64,000 nt of DNA from an uncultured Bacteroidales bacterium (GCA_963782945.1 CAWALO010000033.1:194014-258013); one strand, 5' to 3'. Shown: positions 38,650-47,120, counted from the first letter of the stretch. Numbers and translations: made by a program. Notes: generated by a model from the sequence alone, not told the origin.

Positions 38650-40158
38650 TTAAAGCTCCCAGCCTTTGCGATATTCTCTCACAAGATATTTATTGGCATC
38701 AGGGATGTTTGTAATTTTCATTTCCTGGCTGTTGTACTGGACTTTTTTTCCAGCTCTCAATGCCACCGCGCCAAGCAGAATTGTCTCGGTAACCGGTCCT
38801 GCATAAATAAAACTTCCCGGTGACTGGGTTTTATTCCGGAAGGCGTTTATCCAGGTATCATTCCTGTCTTCCCGTTCCGATTCAGAGGTTGGCTTTTCAG
38901 GCAGAATCTTTTTATTGCCAACATATAAAACCGGTTTTTCACCTCTGAAATCACCAATGATCTTCCCTTTATCGCCGACGAACATAAGTCCTTCAGGTGC
39001 CAGCTCCTTATCTTCAGAGCGTAATTCGTCAGGGTTCATCGGTTTCATGCCTCCGTCATACCAGAAAAGATCAAAAGGACTCAGTTCTTTCTGAGCCGGG
39101 AACTTAAAGCGGACGATGCATGATAAAGGAAAAGCTACATCATTATGTACACTGGTTGAAACATGATTGATTATTGTACGTGTTGTGGTGGCGTATGACT
39201 CTGCACTTAATGCAGGAGTATTGATACCAAGAGTCAGGAACAGCGGAAACAGGCTGTAATGTCCCATATCTGCAATGCTGCCTGCACCAAAGTCGTACCA
39301 GCCGCGGAAGACATTATGGGTGTAATTGGGATGATAAGGACGGCCAGGTACTGGCCCGAGCCATAAATCCCAGTTGAAATCTTTCGGTACAGGTGGAGTA
39401 TCTGTCGGATTTGATTGCCATTGCGGCCAGACGGGTCTGTTAGACCAGTTGTGTATTTCCTTTAGTGTGCCAATCTGTCCCTCTGCGATCCACTTTTTAA
39501 TTACATCATATTCGGGCCTTTTACTCCATGCCAGAAGATGTGTGCTCAGACCGGTTTTCCTTGCAGTATCTATGGTAAGCTTTGCCTCATACATCCTGTT
39601 GGCAATTGGCTTATGCGTAACCACATGCTTACCTTTTTTCATTGATGCGACAGCAACAGTCGCATGAAGATGATCAGGGGTCATAATTTTAATAGCTGCT
39701 ATGTCGCTTTCTTTTTCAAGTAATTCGCGGAAATCTTCATATGACTTGCAACCTTTAAATGTTCCTGATGGCATTGTTTTTCCGTAATATTTCTGAACAA
39801 ACTCCTGTCCGATGTCCCTTCCGCCTGGAATTCCGCTGATTCCTTCTCCCCATGATTTATCGCCCAGAGCATCCCTGATATCATCACGTATTCCATTTAA
39901 AGACCAGTCGACATAATCTGTTGTGAATTTATTGGGATCACAGACAGCCACGATCTGGAGCGCCGGATTTTTTATAAGTTCAGTCATCTCTCTCATCCCC
40001 TGGGTGCCGCAGCCAATATAACCAAGTGTGAGTTTATCGCTTGGGGCAACATAGCCTGGTCCGCCAAGCACATGTCTGGGAATGACTGTAAATGCCACGG
40101 AAGCAGCGGCTGCTGAACCGAGGAATTCACGACGGTTAATCTTGTTTGATTTTGTCAT
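38650..40158 (-). CDS. Gfo/Idh/MocA family oxidoreductase, Tat signal
   Basis: KINRREFLGSAAAASVAF leader; Rossmann GYIGCGTQG; 502 aa. Confidence 0.8.
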   Translation of the reverse strand: MTKSNKINRREFLGSAAAASVAFTVIPRHVLGGPGYVAPSDKLTLGYIGCGTQGMREMTELIKNPALQIVAVCDPNKFTTDYVDWSLNGIRDDIRDALGDKSWGEGISGIPGGRDIGQEFVQKYYGKTMPSGTFKGCKSYEDFRELLEKESDIAAIKIMTPDHLHATVAVASMKKGKHVVTHKPIANRMYEAKLTIDTARKTGLSTHLLAWSKRPEYDVIKKWIAEGQIGTLKEIHNWSNRPVWPQWQSNPTDTPPVPKDFNWDLWLGPVPGRPYHPNYTHNVFRGWYDFGAGSIADMGHYSLFPLFLTLGINTPALSAESYATTTRTIINHVSTSVHNDVAFPLSCIVRFKFPAQKELSPFDLFWYDGGMKPMNPDELRSEDKELAPEGLMFVGDKGKIIGDFRGEKPVLYVGNKKILPEKPTSESEREDRNDTWINAFRNKTQSPGSFIYAGPVTETILLGAVALRAGKKVQYNSQEMKITNIPDANKYLVREYRKGWEL

Positions 40159-40239
40159 CTTACTGAAATAGGTTTATATTAATAAATTCTGTTATTTGAG
40201 GATAAATGGATAATTCAACATTGAGAATAGTGTATTATT

Positions 40240-40247
40240 CAAATGTA
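40240..40247 (-). promoter_or_regulatory. -7 box TACATTTG (minus strand) upstream of the Tat Gfo/Idh/MocA gene
   Basis: caaatgta on the plus strand, 82 nt upstream of ATG 40158. Confidence 0.4.
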
Positions 40248-40308
40248 CAAAAAAATAAGTTCATTAACTGAACGTGAATTGTTAACATATACGGCAGTTT
40301 AATTATTT

Positions 40309-40316
40309 TATATTTG
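40309..40316 (+). promoter_or_regulatory. distal -7 box TATATTTG, 264 nt upstream of the ManD-like gene
   Basis: Exact motif match; would give a long 5' leader or a separate short transcript. Confidence 0.3.
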
Positions 40317-40523
40317 CAGGTACAATATTGAATCGGAAAACCGGCTATAATGTAAAGATCTGTTTCAAACCTGAAAATACCAATAAGGAAGTTGTCAGCA
40401 CTGGAATAATGCTCAGTCGAAAAAGTACTCAGGGAATCCTGGATTCAAAAAGGGAATAGAACTTGAATCAATTCCGGATACTTTCGTAATAAGTGGGTAA
40501 TAGGACTTTAGAAAACTTATAAA

Positions 40524-40531
40524 TATATTTG
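40524..40531 (+). promoter_or_regulatory. proximal -7 box TATATTTG upstream of the ManD-like gene
   Basis: Exact motif match 49 nt upstream of ATG 40580. Confidence 0.45.
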
Positions 40532-40579
40532 TTAAATACATCATTCAATAAAAAGCACTTCCTTAAATTACTTTCAAAA

Positions 40580-41941
40580 ATGAAAAACCCTGAAAATAAA
40601 TTCAAAACCAGCCGTCGTGATGCTATGAAGCTTATTGCAGCCGGCGGATCCGCCGGACTTCTTGGTATGCTTGGCAGCCCGCTCGCTATGGCCGAAAAAT
40701 ATGAAGCTCCAGCCTATGCAAAAGGAATGGCTCCTGTTAAGATTAAAAGTGTGAAAGCTATTGCTACAGCACCAGAGGGTATAAACCTTATTGTTGTAAA
40801 AGTTGAGACCACTGAGCCCGGATTATATGGACTGGGTTGTGCAACTTTCACTCAGAGGGCTGAAGTAGTAGTTACGGCAATTGATAAATATCTGAACGAT
40901 TTCTGTGTTGGCAGGGATGTTGACAATATTGAAGATATGTGGCAGAACGTATATGTAAGTTCTTACTGGCGCAATGGAGGGGTTTTGAACAATGCAATAA
41001 GCGGGCTTGATCAGGCATTGTGGGATATCAAGGGAAAAAGAGCAGCTATGCCGGTTTACCAGTTGCTTGGTGGCAAATCGAGATTTGCCGTTCAATGTTA
41101 TACTCATGCAAGCGGGAGAACCAATGAAGAGGTGATTGCTGATGTCCAGAAATATATGGCGATGGGATATCAGCATATCAGGATCCAGCTTGGAGGATAT
41201 GGCAGTGTTGGGGCACTGGGAAAGAATCCTGCCTTCCGGGATGCAGGGTTTGGAATGGAGACAGATGACTTCATGGACCAGCGGGCATATCTGAATGGAG
41301 TTCCGAAAATGTTTGCGGCTGTGCGCAAAGCCTGTGGAGACAAAGTTGAGCTGCTTCACGATATCCATGAGCGTGTCGAGCCTCTGGATGCCATAAATCT
41401 TATCAAGAGGCTGGAGGAGTATAATCCTTTTTTCATTGAGGACCCTTTCTCTCCTGAGAATATGGAATGGTTTAAACAGCTCCGGATTTCAACTTCAGTC
41501 CCTATTGCCATGGGAGAATTGTTCAATAACATAAATGAGTTCAAAGTCCCGATGGTTAACCAGTGGTTCGATTTTATAAGGGTTCATGTTTCCCAGATAG
41601 GAGGTATAACTCCGGCAATGAAGATAGCACGTCTGGGGGAGTGGTTCAATATCAGAACTGCATGGCACGGCCCGGGGGATGTCTCGCCTGTCGGACATGC
41701 TGCCAACTGTCACATGGACCTGGCCGTTTGGAACTTCGGAATACAGGAAGCGGTCCGGTTCTCTGAAAAACTTCAGACTATCTTTTCAGGGTGTCCTACT
41801 ATGAATAAAGATTTCATGTCAATTAATGAGGTTCCGGGACTTGGTGTAGATATAAACGAGAAGGAGGCTGCAAAATATCCGATTGGTACAAAATCAAGAT
41901 GGCAGGTAAGGAAGAATGATGGTACTGTCATAAGACCTTAA
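40580..41941 (+). CDS. enolase-superfamily dehydratase of the D-mannonate dehydratase (ManD)/galactonate dehydratase type, Tat signal
   Basis: ATG 40580: MKNPENKFKTSRRDAMKLIAAGGSAGLLGMLGSPLAMA-EK; mature part starts like ManD (VKIKSVKAIATAP) and has LHDIHER, FIEDP, AMGELF metal-ligand motifs. Confidence 0.8.
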   Translation: MKNPENKFKTSRRDAMKLIAAGGSAGLLGMLGSPLAMAEKYEAPAYAKGMAPVKIKSVKAIATAPEGINLIVVKVETTEPGLYGLGCATFTQRAEVVVTAIDKYLNDFCVGRDVDNIEDMWQNVYVSSYWRNGGVLNNAISGLDQALWDIKGKRAAMPVYQLLGGKSRFAVQCYTHASGRTNEEVIADVQKYMAMGYQHIRIQLGGYGSVGALGKNPAFRDAGFGMETDDFMDQRAYLNGVPKMFAAVRKACGDKVELLHDIHERVEPLDAINLIKRLEEYNPFFIEDPFSPENMEWFKQLRISTSVPIAMGELFNNINEFKVPMVNQWFDFIRVHVSQIGGITPAMKIARLGEWFNIRTAWHGPGDVSPVGHAANCHMDLAVWNFGIQEAVRFSEKLQTIFSGCPTMNKDFMSINEVPGLGVDINEKEAAKYPIGTKSRWQVRKNDGTVIRP

Positions 41942-41954
41942 GAAAAATATCTGA

Positions 41955-43106
41955 ATGAAAAACAACAGAAGGGAATTCATCAGGAAGAGCACCGCTATGG
42001 CTGCTCTGTCAGTTGCAGGATTAAGTCCTGGAGCATCAGAATTGTTGGGCAATTCTCATAATCAGGGCATAGCAGGTGTCAGTGGATCGCCATCAAAGGA
42101 ATATATCCAGGATGCCGGAATCAAAATGTGTTTTGCCTATTTTGGCGGTATGGAAGCAGAGCAGCGTAAAGTTCAGTTTGGCAAGCAGCTGAATGTCCTC
42201 GGTGCTGTTGGAGGTATCGATACAAGAATGGTTTCTCTGCCAAATGCACAACCATGGGATTTTGAAGCAGTGTCTGCGGTTAAAAATGCATGGGATAAGA
42301 CCGGACTGAAGCTCGAAGTCATTGAGGGCCCTCCGGCTTTATCTGAAAAGACCAAGCTGGGTATGAAAGAGAGGGATGAAGAGATATCCAACTTCATCAC
42401 CTTCATGAAAAATCTCTCCAGGGTTGGAATTGATACAGTATGTTACAACTGGATGCCGGTAATAAGCTGGGCCCGCACAACCAACGATCGTCCGGGGCGT
42501 GGCGGGGCACTGATGACTGCATTCGACTACGAAGATATTAAGGATCAGTCACCGACAAAGTATGGTGAAGTTTCAAAAGAGAGCCTCTGGAAAAACCTGG
42601 AATATTTTCTGAAAGCTGTTGTCCCTGAGGCAGAGAAGTATGGTATCAGGCTGGCGATGCATCCGGACGATCCGCAGGTTGACAGCATAAGAGGTATTTC
42701 AAGGATCATGACTACGGCTGATGCTTTCAGGAGAATGGCTGCGATATACCCGAGTCCATATAACGGAATTACAATGTGCCAGGGCAATTTTTCGCTTATG
42801 GGAGAGGATATTCCGGCCCTCGTCAGGGATTTTGGAAGCAGGAATCTTATCCATTTTGTCCATTTCAGAAACGTAAGGGGTGGAAAGACAAACTTTGTTG
42901 AGACCTTTCATGATGAAGGCCAGATAGATATGTATGCTGCCATGAAAGCATATATCGGCATTGGTTTCAGAGGCCCTTTACGGCCCGATCATGTTCCAAC
43001 GATGGCCGGTGACAGTAATGAACGGCCAGGTTACAGCGCTCTGGGAAGCCTTTATGCAGCAGGCTATATAAGGGGACTTATTGAGGCCGTTGCCAAAAAC
43101 GGTTAA
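41955..43106 (+). CDS. UxuA-type mannonate dehydratase homologue, Tat signal
   Basis: MKNNRREFIRKSTAMAALSVAGLS leader; CYNWMPVISWART, RLAMHPDDPQ, MCQGN, RPDHV, PGYSALG blocks align by eye with E. coli UxuA blocks. Confidence 0.8.
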   Translation: MKNNRREFIRKSTAMAALSVAGLSPGASELLGNSHNQGIAGVSGSPSKEYIQDAGIKMCFAYFGGMEAEQRKVQFGKQLNVLGAVGGIDTRMVSLPNAQPWDFEAVSAVKNAWDKTGLKLEVIEGPPALSEKTKLGMKERDEEISNFITFMKNLSRVGIDTVCYNWMPVISWARTTNDRPGRGGALMTAFDYEDIKDQSPTKYGEVSKESLWKNLEYFLKAVVPEAEKYGIRLAMHPDDPQVDSIRGISRIMTTADAFRRMAAIYPSPYNGITMCQGNFSLMGEDIPALVRDFGSRNLIHFVHFRNVRGGKTNFVETFHDEGQIDMYAAMKAYIGIGFRGPLRPDHVPTMAGDSNERPGYSALGSLYAAGYIRGLIEAVAKNG

Positions 43107-43178
43107 AAAACTCTTCTGGTTAGTTAATATGCAAGATAACCAGTAAGGCATCGTACCATTTAATTCAATACTATATTA

Positions 43179-44138
43179 ATGAAAAAAATAATTTATTTAT
43201 TATCAGGACTAACAATTGCAGCTATGCCATTAATGAAATTTCCACAAACAGAGATCTCCAACGGATTAATTCAGGCAAAGATCTATCTCCCTGATGCCAA
43301 AGAAGGATATTACCAGGGAACCAGGTTTGACTGGTCGGGCAATATGCCAAGCCTTAAATTTGCAGGACACGAATATTTCGGACAGTGGTTCACCACCTAC
43401 AGTCCGGAGATCCACGATGTTATAATGGGACCTGTGGAGGAGTTTACGGCACTCGATTACCCGGAAACAAAATCCGGAGAAAGTTTTGTCAAGATAGGAG
43501 TAGGCGTTCTTACTAAACCGGATAACGAGCCATATGCATTTGCAAGGTTATACCCTGTTGTGAACAGGGGCAAATGGGATGTTAAACAGGAGCCTGATCA
43601 GGTATTGTTTTCACATGTGCTCAATGACAAGGCTTACTCATATCGGTACGAAAAATGTGTTCAGCTTGTAAAGGGAAAACCTGAGTTGCTCCTTAGTCAT
43701 ACATTAAAAAATACAGGTAACAAGGCAATTGAAACAAGTGTTTATGATCATAATTTTTTCGTAATTGATAACCAGCCGGTTGGACCTGGTTATTCAATAA
43801 CATTCCCGTTTGATATCAAAGGAACAGGACAGGGAATAGGAGAACTCGCTGAAATAAAGGGGAAACAGATCCTGTTCCTTAGAAATGTGAACAACGGCGA
43901 GAATGTCTTCTGCAGTCCGCTTGAGGGGTTCAATGCTACTCCAGGTGATTACGACATCAGAATTGAAAACAAGATTGCAGGTGCAGGAGTGCGGATTACA
44001 TGCGACCAGCCAATTCAAAAGCTTAACTTCTGGTGTTGTTATACAACATTGTGCCCCGAGCCTTATATCAGGATTAAGGTTGATCCGGGTAGAGAATTCA
44101 GCTGGAAGATAAGATATGAGTTCTATACGTTGAAATAG
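43179..44138 (+). CDS. secreted hypothetical protein (possibly mutarotase-like beta-sandwich)
   Basis: Sec-type signal MKKIIYLLSGLTIAAMPL; no recognisable catalytic motif; same strand and 72 nt after the UxuA-like gene. Confidence 0.5.
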   Translation: MKKIIYLLSGLTIAAMPLMKFPQTEISNGLIQAKIYLPDAKEGYYQGTRFDWSGNMPSLKFAGHEYFGQWFTTYSPEIHDVIMGPVEEFTALDYPETKSGESFVKIGVGVLTKPDNEPYAFARLYPVVNRGKWDVKQEPDQVLFSHVLNDKAYSYRYEKCVQLVKGKPELLLSHTLKNTGNKAIETSVYDHNFFVIDNQPVGPGYSITFPFDIKGTGQGIGELAEIKGKQILFLRNVNNGENVFCSPLEGFNATPGDYDIRIENKIAGAGVRITCDQPIQKLNFWCCYTTLCPEPYIRIKVDPGREFSWKIRYEFYTLK

Positions 44139-44143
44139 GTTTG

Positions 44144-44165
44144 GGGTCATGCCATGGCATGACCC
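44144..44165. terminator. 22-bp perfect palindrome gggtcatgccatggcatgaccc (third copy of the 22240 element)
   Basis: Identical to the core of the 22240..22267 palindrome; between convergent genes ending at 44138 (+) and 44172 (-). Confidence 0.55.
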
Positions 44166-44171
44166 TACATA

Positions 44172-44771
44172 TTATAATTCTTCAATTAGAAGGTTACGCC
44201 ATTTAACTCTGATTCCACCTCCCGAATGTATTTGAAGGGCTATTGATCCGTTGCCCTGACCGATCTTTGCGTCAGAGAAATCTACCATGGACTGACCATT
44301 GAGCCAGGTCTGAACCCTGTCGCCAACAACACGGATCCTCAATGTATTCCACTCACCGGGTTTAAGGATATTCTCTTTATCATCATCAATCTGTTTAAGC
44401 CATTCCCTGCCGTAAGATTCATATATTCCGCCAGTATCATGCCCTTTGGGAGCCACTTCACACTGCCATCCTGATATTTTTGTACCTTCAATTGTAGAAC
44501 GGAAGAATACACCGCTGTTTCCGTCAGCCTCCTGAAGAAACTCCAGAGTCAGGTCAAAGTTTTTGTAGAATTTTTCAGTCGCCAGATACCCATACTCCTT
44601 ATCCGGACCACTTTCGCAAACCAGTAGCCCATTTTCAACAAACCACTTTTCGGTTCCATATATCTTCCAGCCAGTCAGGTCTTTTCCGTTAAAGAGTGAC
44701 TGTTTTTTTGAAGGAGTTGTAAAACCTGAGAGTAGAATCAGAACAAGAATTGAAAGAAAGATTTTTTTCAT
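44172..44771 (-). CDS. DUF1080 (3-keto-disaccharide hydrolase family) protein, Sec signal
   Basis: LFNGKDLTGWKIYG...WFVENGLL N-terminal motif and C-terminal IALQIH...WRNLLIEEL typical of DUF1080. Confidence 0.8.
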   Translation of the reverse strand: MKKIFLSILVLILLSGFTTPSKKQSLFNGKDLTGWKIYGTEKWFVENGLLVCESGPDKEYGYLATEKFYKNFDLTLEFLQEADGNSGVFFRSTIEGTKISGWQCEVAPKGHDTGGIYESYGREWLKQIDDDKENILKPGEWNTLRIRVVGDRVQTWLNGQSMVDFSDAKIGQGNGSIALQIHSGGGIRVKWRNLLIEEL

Positions 44772-44815
44772 AATATAAAGGATTTATTAAATATTTGTAA
44801 TTTAGTTTGATTGAC

Positions 44816-45736
44816 TTAATGTATCACATACTGCCTGAGGTAATTCCGGCTTTGGATGAGTGCTGTTTTTCTGTTCTCAACAGACCCTTCAAAAGATTTA
44901 TCCTCCACTTCGATACAGGCTGAACCATTATAGCCAACCTCATACAATGCAGAAAAGAATTTCCCCCATTCTATATCACCCAGACCCGGAATTTTCGGTG
45001 TATGCAGGTTGAGTGGCGTTGTCAGGATTCCTACATCATTTATTCTATCCTTCAATACCCTGGCATCTTTCAGGTGTACATGAAAGATGCGATCCCTGAA
45101 CTCAAAAACTGGTTTCACATAATCCATCATCTGCCATATCAGGTGAGACGGATCATAATTCAGTCCGAAATTCTTTGAAGGAATTGCTTCAAACATCCTT
45201 CTCCAGATTGCCGGAGAATGAGCCAGATTATTACCCGAAGGCCATTCATCCCTGGTAAAGAACATGGGGCAGTTCTCAATGGCTATTTTAATTTTCCTCT
45301 GCTCAGCATATTGCACTATGGGAGGCCATAACTCCATGAATGTTTGGAAATTGTCATCATCATGCCTCGCAGGGTCGGCACCAATAAAAGTATTAATGAT
45401 ACCCAGATCCAGTCTCACGGCAGCATCAATAACTTTCTTTATATGATCGATATAGAATTCAGATTTAACCTTATCCGGATGGAGCGGATTGGGATAATAT
45501 CCAAGCCCTGAAACAGTTATTTTTTTCTGAGCAAGTTTGTTTTTAATCCTGTTGAGTTCATCATCATCCAGTGACGCAACATCAATATGCGTTACACCTG
45601 CATACTTTCGATCAGCTTTACCTGATGGCCAGCACATCAGCTCCACACAGGCAAAACCGTTTTCAGCAGCAAAATCGATGACTTCATCGAATGTCAGATC
45701 TCCTAATATTGCGCTTACAAAACCAAGTTGAATCAT
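44816..45736 (-). CDS. xylose isomerase-like TIM-barrel protein (sugar phosphate isomerase/epimerase family), no signal peptide
   Basis: MIQLGFVSAILGDLTFDEVIDFAAENGF..., IAIENCP, HVHLKD motifs. Confidence 0.75.
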   Translation of the reverse strand: MIQLGFVSAILGDLTFDEVIDFAAENGFACVELMCWPSGKADRKYAGVTHIDVASLDDDELNRIKNKLAQKKITVSGLGYYPNPLHPDKVKSEFYIDHIKKVIDAAVRLDLGIINTFIGADPARHDDDNFQTFMELWPPIVQYAEQRKIKIAIENCPMFFTRDEWPSGNNLAHSPAIWRRMFEAIPSKNFGLNYDPSHLIWQMMDYVKPVFEFRDRIFHVHLKDARVLKDRINDVGILTTPLNLHTPKIPGLGDIEWGKFFSALYEVGYNGSACIEVEDKSFEGSVENRKTALIQSRNYLRQYVIH

Positions 45737-45832
45737 AATGTTACAGTTTTATAATTTCCAGGTATAATTATCAGGATGCAATTTAGCGAAAATGCAGTAC
45801 TTTTTTACTATTGGAATAATTTTAGATAAAAA

Positions 45833-45898
45833 GCCGGAAGCCCGAAGCCGGAAGCCGGAAGCCTGCTGCCTGCTGCCTGCTGCCTGAAGCCTGAAGCC
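45833..45898. repeat. degenerate heptanucleotide array, 9.4 units
   Basis: gccggaa gcccgaa gccggaa gccggaa gcctgct gcctgct gcctgct gcctgaa gcctgaa gcc; last nt is part of the stop codon of the 45898..46872 gene. Confidence 0.9.
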
Positions 45899-46872
45899 TA
45901 CTTCACCTCCGTCCTGACACCTGTTGTAATTGCCACATTCTTCCTCCATTCATATTTAGAATCTTTCGCGAACCTGAGAAGAACGTCGTAAGTGCCAGGA
46001 GAACAGCAATTTGCCACGGTAATATTTTCGTAACTTATTGTTTCAAGATTTTTAATAGGTTCAGGTTTGCCTGTCTGTTTCAAGGCCGTTCCTGCAGGGT
46101 ATAGATGCATTGCTTTAACATCCGGGCTGGAACCGGTGTAGACAATTCCGCCGGCATTCAGATTGACAGCTACCTTATAGCTCATGTCTGGTTTCAGCTG
46201 GAAGTTTTCAAGCCATACTTTGTGGGTTTGGGATGATATTGCAATAGATATCAGTACGTCATAGGTACCTGGTTTAATTTTGCCTTTTGTTTTGCCATCA
46301 CTTTTGTCGGGTGTGACAGGTTTGTCACGCTTTCCCTGTTCATAGAAGGTTGGGATACCGAAGTAGACATCCTGTATTGTATGGGATTTGCATCTGTTTA
46401 CTTCAGATTCATACTGGCTAAGTCCATTAAGTGATGCCTGTTTTTCTTCAAGGTTGATCTGGTAATCATAAAGAGTAACAGACACAGTTGTTTTAGTTTT
46501 AGGCTTTATTAAGATATTGCCGGCAATAAAGCTCAGTAATCCGGGGCTTCCTGACAGCTTGAAATTAAGCATTAGATCGTAGGTGCCCGGAGCAGCTCCC
46601 TGCATCTTAACCTCTTTACCCGAACTCAGCAGTTTAAATTCCGAACTTGCAATAAGATCACCAAGAGCCCTGATGTTAACCGTTAAAGGAGATGTTTTAT
46701 CACCTTCATTCATTGCAGCATAGCTTTGCTGAATCCAGACCTGGTTCCAGCAACGTTCAGTTTTTACGTTAATGCCATTTTTAAGCTTGTAGACATAGTT
46801 TGATACAGGCTGAGCCTGAATGGCGAATAACAGCACGAGATGAAGAACCAAGATTGAAATTATGTTTTTCAT
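45898..46872 (-). CDS. secreted hypothetical protein with three PGTYD-containing repeats
   Basis: Signal peptide; PGTYDLML (aa 95), PGTYDVLI (aa 201), PGTYDVLL (aa 292). Confidence 0.55.
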   Translation of the reverse strand: MKNIISILVLHLVLLFAIQAQPVSNYVYKLKNGINVKTERCWNQVWIQQSYAAMNEGDKTSPLTVNIRALGDLIASSEFKLLSSGKEVKMQGAAPGTYDLMLNFKLSGSPGLLSFIAGNILIKPKTKTTVSVTLYDYQINLEEKQASLNGLSQYESEVNRCKSHTIQDVYFGIPTFYEQGKRDKPVTPDKSDGKTKGKIKPGTYDVLISIAISSQTHKVWLENFQLKPDMSYKVAVNLNAGGIVYTGSSPDVKAMHLYPAGTALKQTGKPEPIKNLETISYENITVANCCSPGTYDVLLRFAKDSKYEWRKNVAITTGVRTEVK

Positions 46873-46908
46873 GGCTGTAAAAATTATTTAGAATTTGTAA
46901 CTCCTAAA

Positions 46909-46916
46909 CAAAGTTA
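46909..46916 (-). promoter_or_regulatory. -7 box TAACTTTG (minus strand) upstream of the PGTYD-repeat protein gene
   Basis: caaagtta on the plus strand, 37 nt upstream of ATG 46872. Confidence 0.4.
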
Positions 46917-47010
46917 AACCAATAAACAACTCGAGTCAATTTTATTTGTTACCGTTATTCTGTGCATGGGATATTTCCTGAGGAAGTTGAGCGGAGTTTG
47001 ATTTTTTTAC

Positions 47011-47050
47011 CACGGTGTTGCACTGAGGATTAACGGAGTTTCACGGAGTC
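47011..47050. repeat. CACNRAGK-type decamer array, 4 units
   Basis: cacggtgttg cactgaggat taacggagtt tcacggagtc; the reverse complement shares actccgtgaaacNccgtt with 14708..14726. Confidence 0.75.
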
Positions 47051-47070
47051 TTTTTAAAGCTGTATTCTTC

Positions 47071-47119
47071 CTCTACACTCTATACTCTACGCTGTATGCT
47101 CTATGCTTCCTATCTATAT
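47071..47119. repeat. degenerate heptanucleotide array, 7 units
   Basis: ctctaca ctctata ctctacg ctgtatg ctctatg cttccta tctatat; ends 1 nt before the DUF2177-like stop codon (47121..47123). Confidence 0.8.
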
Positions 47120-47120
47120 T

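Noticed and set aside
45749-45949. 66-aa ORF (…GFRLQAAGSRQQASGFRLRASGF…)
   Set aside because: It is a translation of the GCCNNNN heptamer array, so its periodic low-complexity sequence is an artefact. The same applies to ORFs 15941-16129, 56632-56859, 51759-51977 and 24570-24752, which are built on repeat modules.
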